NCBI GenBank assembly: GCA_028534125.1
Contig: CM052817.1
Span: 40,612,001 to 40,676,000, forward strand
Length of the DNA: 64,000 nt
Source of the DNA: Lama glama
Taxonomy: Eukaryota
Direction of reading: 5' to 3'
Shown: positions 11,701 to 23,800 of the stretch, one piece after another
Layout of the letters: each line of letters opens with the position of its first letter
How positions within the stretch are numbered: the first letter of the stretch is position 1
Notes under the pieces: model-generated
Told to the model about the DNA's origin: nothing
What the model saw: the letters and a program-made list of their open reading frames with translations, nothing else
Databases searched by the model: none
Made by a program: the position numbers and the translations under genes

Positions 11701-13669
11701 GACTTAGTGTTAACAGGACTGCCTTTACTTACTGAGATAAATTTGATTTCTAGTAAGGTACAATTCCCATCCCACTTATATAATCCATGAAAATCTTCCT
11801 CAGTGACTGGAGTTGGTGGTGTTCATTATCTTTCCTGGATTTATTCTCTGCCACACAATGCATCACTTAAGTAGACGTTTTAACATGTTTTATGATTTTT
11901 ATCGGTCTTGCCTCCTCAACTGGTATGTAAGCTTCCCTTAGGATCAGGACCATTTCTTAACACTTTTATATACAGCCAGTAATTTCTTAAACATCAGTTA
12001 TCTCTATCAATGTGGTAACTCAGAATAAATCCCAATATTTTAGGACCGTTTTAGTGCAGAGTAGGAACTCAACGACATTTGTATGCATAAATGAAAAATC
12101 TAAGATTGTCTTAATATTTGTTTCTTTCTACTCAGGTACATTCTGACAGATGTAGCACAAACTCCTTACTTAATGAGTGCTTTCCTTCTTCCTAGCAGCT
12201 TTCAACAGCTGATAAAAATGCAAGTTATCTGGAAAACTCTTAAACACTATTTAAGACTGCCTAGGAAAACAGGCATTATATAGAACTTCCTGGCTGGAAC
12301 CAAGGTGCTTTAAATATGCTGCAAGTGGAGAGGCGCTTGCAAAGGCATGTTATTTATTTTTAGGCTTCTGGGTCTTGGCATCCTATTTGTAAAACTGGGG
12401 AGGAGGGTGGCTAGATGAGGTGATGTTTAGTTTGATACCTTGTAGCAATAAGTATGCTAATGCCAGCTGGCAGTCAGGATACAAATACATTGTTTTATAC
12501 ATAATCATAAATTATAGAAATATTAAGAGGCAAATTTTATAGGGCTGCAAAAATAATGGCAGCAAAATGCATGACAATTCCTCTTCTCACAATACTCCTT
12601 TCAAATTCCTGTCTCTACGCCCCCAGAACAACGTACTAACCTGGCAAAAAGCAAAAGAGTACTGATGTGTGTTGTCCGGTCCACAATTAACTTAAAAGGT
12701 CAGATAATATACTCTGATTTAGACAGTTGAGTTTCATGGCTATATATACATAGTCAGTACTTGAATCAGTAAAATCTCAGCTTTCTAGCTGTGTGATCTT
12801 GAGCATGCCATTTAACTTTGCTATTTTCTTATCTACAAAATAAAGACAGTAATATGAACTCACATTAACAGAATACATACCAGCCACTGTTCTATGTACT
12901 TTATACTAACTTACTTGATAGTTTTTACCTCTTGATGCCATTGTAAAATTTAATGAGACACCCCCTCCACCAAAGCACTTATTACGTTATATCAGACTTT
13001 TTCCTGCAAAAAATATTGCAGAAACTCCACATTTTCTAACATCTAAAATGCTTTAAATAATACTTTGTGAATGGAAAGGTGATACTGTGTTGGAGGAATT
13101 GGTACCTATTTAAAATGCTGGCATTTGATCATTATCGGAATTACAATGAGCTTTCTAGTAGTCAAGAACCCCTATTCTAATCTTTTTATTCTTCCCCGTG
13201 GGTCACTATGATTTTTAAAACCAACTTTAGACCTCAAGTCCCCACTTAGGATATAGAACTCATGAGACCATGTTACAAACTGCAGAGTGAAGTTGAATGT
13301 TTTGCTTTTTAGAAATCTTAGTGGTTCAAGGTTATTGGATGAAGCATATCACTTGGAAAAAAAAGGGGGGGGTATTAGGGTGGTAAGGTACAAAAACATG
13401 ACCTGTGATTTATTAGAGAAATGATACAGTTTCCTATTTTTTTATATCTTTACCCAAGGATATGCCTAATATAAAACACAGTGGTTTGAATTTTCATTTC
13501 AAATGAAAGAATATGTAGAAGAGTTGAATACATATCTGGACTGTACTCTTGTTAAGATTCACATTTCTAAGGAAATTTCAAGGTCAAGGTCATTTCTGAG
13601 TAAGGGGTAAGATGATGGGGACTTAATCAGTGCCATAACTGCAATCATCTTTTCCTATTAAGTAATAGT

Positions 13670-13840
13670 TAACACTTAAATAGCATTTACTATGTAGTAA
13701 CAACAACTCTATGTGATATTATCATTAGCTCCATTTTATAGATGAGGAAACGGGCCCAGGTTAACTAACTTGTCCAGAGTCCCCTAGATGGTACATGGCA
13801 GAGTTGAGAGTTGAAGCTTTGCAGTCTGAGTCCAGGACTT
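13670..13840 (-). mobile_element. MIR SINE
   Basis: ccattttatagatgaggaaac...aacttgtccagagtc (reverse MIR core). Confidence 0.7.
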
Positions 13841-14055
13841 GTGCTTGTAATATTAACAAAGAGAAGAGTAATGGAGCAATGGTTAAAAAGAGCAAAACAA
13901 AACATGGGATTACAGAAATGGAAGACGTACAAAGACAGGCAAGGGACACTAAAGAGGCAAGGAAAACTTACAACCCCCTCTTCCTCCAGTCCTCCTACCA
14001 CTAGAGAATGCTTTCATCATTGCTGGTTGTAGAACTCTGTAATTACATACAACAA

Positions 14056-14061
14056 TTTATT
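14056..14061 (-). terminator. Polyadenylation signal AATAAA of the VAMP9-like gene
   Basis: tttatt on +, i.e. AATAAA on -, 27 nt after the TGA stop. Confidence 0.7.
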
Positions 14062-14088
14062 GGTACCTGCTGGGGATGGGGAGAAGGG

Positions 14089-14226
14089 TCAGGTTGGTAT
14101 TACATTTGTACTTATAAGTAGGATGATGACTGAAAGGAGAACTGCCACGGTGATGATGATAATCTTTTTGAAGTGTTTCCACCATATCCTCCTAAGAATC
14201 TTTCTTGTTTTTTTGGATTCTTTGGC
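14089..14226 (-). CDS. VAMP9: VAMP9-like exon 6: C-terminal half of the SNARE motif, WWK juxtamembrane segment, tail anchor and stop
   Basis: ttttatttcag|[48 protein letters not shown] with TGA at 14091-14089. Below the ORF-track length cut-off. Confidence 0.92.
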   Translation of the reverse strand, partial: AKESKKTRKILRRIWWKHFKKIIIITVAVLLSVIILLISTNVIPT

Positions 14227-17200
14227 CTGAAATAAAAATAAACACAAATGTAAAGTTTTCTTTCCATTTCTGGATTAGTGTGCACACTACAATACTTAGG
14301 ACCATCTTAAAGAACAGATTCAATTTGGGACCAATCCCAAAAAGTCTCAATAGGTCTGAGCAGCTATTATAAAACGATGCACCAAGATTCCTTATTGTGG
14401 TCAGCTATACTTTTACTGGCTTTATTAACTTTGTGACCTTGAACAAGTTACTAACTCTTTGAACTTCAGCTTCCTCATCTTCACTTCATGATTCTACTTA
14501 AATGCCACTATCCCTTATAACCCTATTTAAAATTGCTACCTCCATCTCCATCCCTGAAACCTTATATCCCTTCAATACATTGTTTTTCTCCAAAGTACTT
14601 ATCTTTCATCTAACAATATGTAAATTTTATTTATTTACTGTTTGTTGAGAATGTAAACTTTATGAATGCAGGGATTTTTGTCTGTTGCATTCATTGCTAT
14701 ATTCCCAACAGTGCATGATATAGAGCAGGTGTTCAATGAATATTTGTTGAAAAAATGAATGACTAAATCTGTTTAGTAAATGAGGATAAGAGCATGTACT
14801 ACGGAGTTGCCCAGATTGTTAGGCATAACTGAGATAGTGAGGATAGCATATCTAGACTGCCATATAAGAATAAATTATGCCATTGTGATAGTTAATATTT
14901 TTGATGAATAATAAGATGGATTTTGTTAAGTACAATAGAAAAAGTTTTATATAGTAACCTAATTAAACCTAAACAAAATAGCTCACTTTTACTCAAATTA
15001 CTGACAGAATTCAAGGAGCAGTGGAGAGAGATGAAACAAGGCCACACGAAATTGTAAAATCCTTCCCCCATCCCCTGCAAAAAGCTTTATTGTTTTCATT
15101 TGGTCCACTCCTTTCTGTTTTTAAAATATATGTAACTGCTTTTCATATAGCCGTGATTCAGGTAAATTGCTTGATGCTTACATGGATTTCTGCTAAATGC
15201 CACCTGGATAAGAAGTAAAACTCTAACAAATTTCAGTTACCTTTCTTCATGCATCAGATCAGTTTCTTTACTCAGTGTATATGGTGATTTTCCAAGAACA
15301 AAATCAAGGCTCATGATAACGATGCATGCTATAAATGGCATGATCCTGGTATGCTGCTTGATGGCCTCATGACTCTAATGTATGACAAGTAATGGGAGCC
15401 CAGGCTTATATATCCAAGATGCCGTTTGTTATTCCCAAGGATCTGGCACTTGGAAGCTAGTGACTGGGCGTATTTTCCAAGATGTTATAATTTATTGAAT
15501 GCTTTAAATGCAGGGATCGTATGACAGGCATTATATGTATTTTGCATAATAATATGCAATGTTCATTATAATTTTATGTGAATATTCCTATTTTATAGTG
15601 TTGGAAAAAATGAGGCTCAGAAAGTTTTGTTACTTGCCTCACGTTTAGAGTAAGTGGTGAAGCTGGAATTCAAATCTAGAATTGCATGACCATACTGCCT
15701 TGTGTAAAAATATTGAATTGAGGTATAAACGGACTTTACATTCTTCTCTTATTTACTTTCTCTTTTATTAATGTAATATGCACATATAATTTGAAAAGTT
15801 AGAATTCTACAAGGCTTAAGTAAAAGCTGCATTATCTTGCCCAGCTCCTTCCCATTCTGATCTCTATTTTTCAGAGGTAATCTCTCTCAGCTCTTTTTTG
15901 TATGTTTTGGTTACTTGCTGTATCCCTATTACCTGGATCAGTGGTTCCTAACTGGGGGTCATTTTGACCTCTAGGAGACATTTGGCAATACCAGAAGACA
16001 GTTTTGATTGTCATGACTGTAGGGGGTGCTGCTGGCATCTAGTGAATAGAAGCCAGGGATGCTGTTAAACATCCTACAGTGCATAGGACAGTCCAAAATG
16101 TACCACGGTTGAGAAACCCTGACCTAGAAGAGTGTCTGACCTATAGTGGGTGCTCAGTAAATACTGGGTTGAATCCCCAATACCTGCACTAAAAATAAAC
16201 TAATTACCTCCCTCCTCCCTACCCTCCCCCTAAACCCCAACTTGTTGAATGCACTTCATTTAGCTGTTTATTTTTTCCTGGTGTTTGTTTTCCTCTGCAT
16301 TACTAGAAAGCATATATATGTGTGTGTATATATATGTATGTATTTATTTATATATATATACCATGATTTTTCTGTTTCCAACTATAGAAGAGAGGCTATA
16401 ACTCCTACCATACCTCCAAACCCTTCTTCCCCAAACATACACTTTTCCCTTCTTTCCTAGCCTCTCTTTTTGTTTAATTAAAACTTTGTAAATACTCAAG
16501 TGTATTCAAGTATATTTGACTACATTGACTTTAATGTGTAACTTTTTTTTTCTAGAGCTAATAATAGGTAGATAGTTAAAATGTTTATTTTTAATCTAGC
16601 AACCAGTAATTCACTACTAAACTCTCCAAAAAGGAGCAGGGGAAAATACCCTTCCTTTGATGGCTCTGGGTTGTGTCCTCCTGCTTTGCCTGGAGGCTCC
16701 TCACAGAGCCTTTTGACTTGCTCCAGTCTGGTTTAGTTGGGGTCTGTCTGCTATACCTAGAGCTTTAACCTTTGGATCTTTCTTTGCCAATATCCTGGGA
16801 ATGCTCTTCTTGTGTGATGGGCCTTCTGTTTTCTCAACCTCATTTCTTCCCTTTTCTTGATTTATTCCCTCCTATTGGTGAAAAATATCTGCAGAAAACG
16901 TCTTAGAAAGGGTGAGTGGGAGGCATGTTTCTGAGAATTTACATGCCTAGAAATGTCTTAATTCTACCCTAACACTGAGTTGGTAGTTTGGGTATATAGA
17001 AGCCTAGTGTGGAAATAATTTTCCTTCAGGATTTTCAAAGCATTCCACAATTTTCCTTTTGCACCCATATGTTGCTTTTGTAAATTCTAGTATTATTCTA
17101 ATTGCCAAGTCTTTGTTTTTTCTCTCTCTCTGAAAGCCTTCAGAATCTTCTCTTCCTTTTTAGTGTTCTATAATTTTAAGATTACATGCCCTGCTATGGT

Positions 17201-17850
17201 CCTTGTTTTTTGTTTATGGAATCTGGAAATTCATTATTTAGTTCTCAGAATTTTTCTTATATTAATCTGATTTTCTCCCCTGTTATTCCGTCATTTTCTT
17301 TTTCTGAAATTCCTGTTACTGATATATTGAATCTCTTAACTGATTCTCTTTCTTATCTTTTCTTTCTCTTTTTGCTCTACTTTCTGAGAGGATGCCTCAA
17401 CTTTATATTAAAATAATTCAACTAAATTTAAAAATTTTACTATTTTTTTAATTTCCAAAGATCTTTTTGTTTTATGAATAAGCTTTATATAGCTTTACAT
17501 TCTTGTTTCAGGGTTGTATTATCTTTTTTTTTCCTTTTTACCAAGCAATACTTTTTAATAAACATTTCATGATTACATATCTCTGTCTCCAGTTAATTTG
17601 AAGATACTTTACATAAATGTTCTTGCAATGGCAGTACACATTTTGGTTATTTTATTACATTGTTTTAATTAAGTAAATAATGAGTAAATAGCATGATTGC
17701 AGAGGCTGTTTTCAGTGTTTAGCTAAATATATGACTTAGATTTCAGTGCTTCTTTATTGCCTCATGTTTCCTTTTTGTGTATTTTTTTCTTATTTGAAGT
17801 ATAGCTGATTTACAATGTTGTGTTTTAGGTGTATAGCAAAGTGATTCACT

Positions 17851-17885
<35 letters not shown>

Positions 17886-20800
17886 TCTTCAGATTCTTTT
17901 CCATTTAGGTTATTGTAAGATATTAAATATGTATTATCTTCTATTATTTTTCCAAAGACATTAGAGAATTTTCCAAATGAAGCTTTCTTTTGCTTCTGCA
18001 TTATCTGTTTTGTCTGAGTTCCTTTTTTCCTGTTTATTTTGATTTTTTTTTAAATTACAGGTTTTTTCCCCAAACATCTCATGAACTGTGTTGTTGATTT
18101 ACTAAAACGATGATTGGAAACTCAGCATGAGTGAGTGAGGGCTATCATTTGGTGGGCTTCACCGTAGGATAATCTGGTGTGGACATGACCATTTCATGCG
18201 GGAGTGCCTCAGTATCTGTAGGTCAGTATCTGTACCTCATTTTCCCTCGACCTGGTCAGTTTTCTTAGAGAGGAATTGTCTAATCTCCAGCCTGGGTGAG
18301 GCTGACTGGGAGAGATGTTGGGGAGTGGTCACTATATTCAGGATGCAGATTTTCATTTAGTCCGTCTAATTTTAATATGACAGTCACTCTGGCCTCAACT
18401 GCACCTGGTGTCTGAGTTTAGAATCTCTTAGGTCTGTTGTCTTTAGATAATACAATTTATTATCCTTTGTCAGGGATAAGGAGAGGAACCTATATTGCAG
18501 TCAAGATTCATTTAGTGTTACCCACACCTTTACCACTTTCTATACTTCCTTTAGAATCTCCTTTAGTGATAAACTTCCAGATGTGGTAAAGACAGCCAGC
18601 TGTCCACTGAAGACTTTAAGTTCCCCTTCCGTAGTGTAGAGCTGTTGCTGGAAAGAGACTCTCCAATCACAGACCATGTTTCTCAGGCCCCTCACCCGAC
18701 CCCTTGCACCTATGCAAAGCTGTAAGACTAATTCTTACCAATAGATTGTGAGTAGAAGTGAAGAGTGTCACTTTTGGGCTAACGTGGCTATAAGCAAATG
18801 TGCTTCTTCCACGCCATGTTTAACCAGCTGCCACCTGAAGTTGAGACTCCGAGGGGCCAAGGCAATGACAAAGTCACAAAATGGAAAAATCTTGGGTTTC
18901 TGGATTACCATGTGGAAATCTGCTCACTGAAAACCTGCTTTAGACCATTATACAACCAAGAAACAAACCTCTATTGAGTTAAAACACTGAAAACTTGAGG
19001 TATGCTGGTACAGCTAGTGTTTTTCTAATATTGAAATTGGTAGTTGGATGAGATATTGTTATGACAAAACCCTAAAACATAGCAGTGGCTTAACCACCAG
19101 GTGGTAAGCAGAGAACAAACTAATATTAGAGATTGGAAACATAAAGACCAATGCTATTCACGGTAAAATATCTGCTAAAACTATCATCTGTGACAATCTG
19201 AAAGGCAGACAAAGTATCATTAAATCTGTCATTTTAGAAGAAAAGTTTGGAAAATAGAATGGTAGTAGTGTGAGTTCTTGTTACTAGCTACATTTTAGCA
19301 AGGTAACAATTGGCTGGTTTGCAAGAAGAAATGAAAAGGAATAAAGAGATTGCAGAAATGTGGAACACTGAAAGATTGGATAAGCTGATGGATTTGGGCC
19401 CAAATAATAAGACATAAGATTGAAAAGGCTTTTTAATGACAAAAGCCCATTAAGATTCTACCCTTCCTCAAAAACAAACCCCCCCTAAACCTATTAAAAA
19501 TGGGCAAAGGACTTGAATAGATTTTCTCCAAAGAAGATACACAAATGGCCAACAAGCACTTGAAAAGATGCTCAACATCATTAGTAATCAAGGAAATGCA
19601 AATCAAAATAAGGATACCACTTCATACCTGGCAGCATGGCTGTAATTTAAAAAAAATGAAAAATTACAAGTGTTGAAGAAGATGTGGAGAAATTGGAACC
19701 CTCATATCACTGATGGGAATGTAAAATGGTTCAACTACTGTGGAAAATAGTTGGGAAGTTCCTTAAAACTATCAAAAAGTTAAAATAAAATTACCATATG
19801 ACCCAGCATTTCCATTTATGTACGTACATAAAAAGAATTGAAAACAAGTATTCAAACAAAAACTTGTAAATGAATGTTCATAGCAGCATTATTCACAGTA
19901 GCCAAAAGGCAGAAACAACCCAAATATCCATCAGCTGATGAATGGATAAACAAGTTGTGGTATATACATACAATAGAATATTATTCAGCTAAAAAGGAAT
20001 GAAGTACTGATTCATGCTTACAACATGGATCACCCTCAAAAACATCATGCTAAGTGAAAGAAGCCAGACACAAAAGATCACAGATTATGTTATTCTATTT
20101 ATATGAAATATTCAGAATTGATAAAGCCATAGAGACAGAAAGTAAGTTATTGGTTGCCAGGGACTGGGGAGTAATTGCTTAATGGGTATGAAGTTTCTTT
20201 TTGGGGTGATGAAAAGGTTTTGGAACTAGATAGAGGCGATGAGTGTACAATACTGTGAATGTACTAAATGCCACTAAAATGTATACTTTAAAATGTTAAT
20301 TTTATGTTATGTGGATTTTACCTCAATTGAAAAAAAAAAGATTCTGCCCTGCATTAGAGATCAGATTAGGGGTATAAACTTCCTATCCAACCAAGCCTAA
20401 TGGTCTCAAAGTAGTTGCCTTTAACATGAGAGGAAGGCATGAGCAAGGAAGCAAAGAAATAACCAGGCTTCAGAAATACGTCTGGAAAAGAACCTCACAT
20501 GTATCTACAAGCACTTGGAAATGATAAGAAGCAATGAGATTAGAATCAACTAAGTTTTGAATGGAATTATAAATAAATCAAAAACTGATCTTTTCAAAAG
20601 ACACACCCCTCCAAAAAAAAAAAAAAAAAGCTTGGAGGTGGTTGCCAGAGGGGAGAGGGGTAGGCAGACAGACAAAATAGGTGAAGGGGATTAAGAGGTA
20701 CAAATTTCCAGCTATAAAATAAGTCACAGAGATGTAATGTACATATAGGGAACATAGTCAATAATATTGTAACAACTTTGTATGGTGACAGGATGGTAAG

Positions 20801-23800
20801 TGGTCTTATTGTGGTGAGCATTTAATAATATAAAATAATATTGAATCACTGTGTTGTACACTTGAAACTAATATAATATTGTATGTTAATTATAACTCCC
20901 ATAAAAAATAAAGAGAGGTTAGGAATGAAAAAATAAAACTAACCACAGGCACAGGACAGACTGTAAAATTACAGGAGAATACAACTGCACATGGCATATC
21001 ACATATAGTTTTTATACATTGCTGGACTGAGTCTTTTGAGGCAACAACGATAAACGTATAACATATTGAATTCAACAACACATACAAACATGTAATGTGC
21101 AATTCATATTTACAGGGTAAAGAAGAAAAATCATTAACTCAATGTGAAAAAGGCATCTGATAAAATGCAACCTCCTTTCATGATAAAATTTCTTAGCAAG
21201 TGAGGAATAGAAAGAAACGTTCATAGCTTGTTAAAAGATATCTATCAAAATTTGAATGTAAATTCAATACTTAACTGAAGCATTAGAAATTACTCATTTT
21301 TCCATCAGAAACAAAACAAGTATTTCAGACATCAACATTTCTCTTCAACATTTTTCTGGAGGTCCTAGCTAATGTAGTAAGACAAGCCTAAATAAATAAA
21401 TGAACAAACAAACAAATAAATGAATAAATAAATAAGATACATTGGAAAGGATAAAAAAAAATCCAGTCCTTGTTTACATATGATAGATTTCTAGGTAGAA
21501 AATGCAAATAAATCCATAAACAAAAAATATTACCATAAAAGAGTTCAGCAAGACTTGGGATACAAAATCAATATGCAAAATTGACTGTGTTCCTAGTAAT
21601 CAAAAAAATTTTTTTGAAAATGTAGTTTAAAAAATGTCCTTTACAATAGCAACAAAATGGTAAGATATCAAGAAATAAATCTCACAAGAGTTGTACAAGA
21701 CCTTTATGGGAAAAATTATAAAACGCTATTGAAAGATTTTTGAAAGAGACTTAGAAAAATGAAGAGAGGTGGGAAAATTGTATTTTAAATAAAATGTTCT
21801 CCCCATATTAACGTGATTCCACCTAAAAGCCTGATAACCTTTTTTGTGTGTGTGTAACTTGAGATGTAGATTCTAAAATTCCCTGAAAGAGAAAGAAGCA
21901 AGCCTTGCCAGCATAATTTCCAAAAAGTATAAAGTAGATGAACTGGCCCTGTAAGATATTAAGGCTTCTCATAAGACCACAGTAACTAAAATGGTGTTTT
22001 AATGTTAAAATTGGGGGAGAATATAGCTCAAGTGGCAGAGTGCATGCTTAGCATGCATGAGATTCAGGGTTCAAACCCCTGTACCTCCTCCAAAAATAAA
22101 TAAATAAACCTAATTACCTCCCCCACCAAAAATGTTTTTTTAATGTTTAAGTGGTCCAAAAACATAGAAATAGACCAGTAGAATATAATACATAAAAATC
22201 GAAAAAGATAAAAACTGTTTACATACGAAAACATTGCATGTGACAAGGTTGGCATTACAAATCAGATGGGAAAGGCTGAGCTATTCAATAAATGATTATT
22301 TGTTTTATAGCACAGGAAACTATTCAATATCTTGTAACCTATAATAAAAAGAACATGAAAAGAAATATATATATATGTATATGTATGACTGAAACATGCT
22401 GTATATGGGAAATTGACACAATACTGTAACTGACTATTCTTCAATTGAAAAATGGTTGTTTAGGGTACTGGTTATTTATACAGAAAATAATAAAATTTGA
22501 TTCTGACCTACCTCATAATTTATGCAAAAATAAAATTTCAGATGTTTTAAAGATCCATGTTTAAGAAGCAGAATTAAAAACTTTTGAGACAATGTAAGAG
22601 TATGTTTATAACCTGGGGAAAGGAAGGCATTCTTAAACAAGACACAGAAAGCGTAACTATGAAGAACAAGACTAATATATTTGCCTACATGAAAGTTAGA
22701 CTTTAGTCCTAACAGGACTACACACAAAGTTAAAATCAAGCCACATGTTGGGAGAATATATTTACACTTTACATAACTATTAGGATGAAGAATTATATAT
22801 TCATTCTTTAATAGTTATAAAATTAGTATTATATACATATAACTACAAAGTATTTAAAAAGGTAGGCAGCCCATTAGCAAAATGGGCAAAGGATGTCAAT
22901 AGACAATTCACAAAAGAAAATCTAATGGTTAATAAACACAAAAATCGCTCACTGTCATTCAAAATTAGGGAAATGCAAATTAAGACAATAATTATTTTTT
23001 TCCCCTACAAAACTGTTAAAAATTATAATCTCATAATCCCAAGTATTGGCAAGGTGCTATGGAGCAACAGGACCTCACATACGATACTGATGGAAGTATA
23101 AATGGGCACAACAGTTGGGAAAGCAATTTTGAAATATTTGTTAATTTAAAGGTGCACATATTTTAAGATCCAGCAATTCCATTTCTATGTATATATTGTA
23201 GAATGAGGGTTCCAAAATGGGATTAAGCATCCCAGGAGGTTGTGTAAAATGATTCACTGGAAAACAGAAACATAATATTAGAACCTCTATTTGTTCATCT
23301 TAATCTACAAAACAAGAAGGAGGTGGGTTGGAGGTTACAGCTCACGTGGTAGAGCGCATGCTTAGCATGCACAAGGCCCTGGGTTCAATATCCAGTACCT
23401 ACATTAAAAACAAAAAAAGGAGGAAATGAAAATATTTAGTGTTTAACATATGGATAGGCACTGACATCTTCCCTAGGTGTTATATAAGATGGTACAGCAT
23501 GAAAGTTAAGGTGTTTTGAGGGAAGAGAGGAAATTCCACAGTGGAGAGCGGACCACAGCATACTCCTTTACCCACTCGCTTGTAGGGTATTCCAGTTCCT
23601 ACAATTTACATGCATCTGGGTAAATGAATGTATGAGTATTAGTACTTAGTTTTCACTAAACTAAAAAGTAGACGTGTGGCTTAATTATACTAATAAGGCA
23701 AATATAAACAAGAAAATAGCAACGAGGATATATCTCTGCTTCTAGTTTGAATACTCCATCTGCCATATTTAGAGATTTTAAAAAATAGTCATTTGTAATA

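Noticed and set aside
22013..22090. tRNA gene (likewise 23325-23400 and 50310-50391)
   Set aside because: A and B boxes are present, but the copies are diverged, carry SINE tails and recur dispersed; they are tRNA-derived SINEs.
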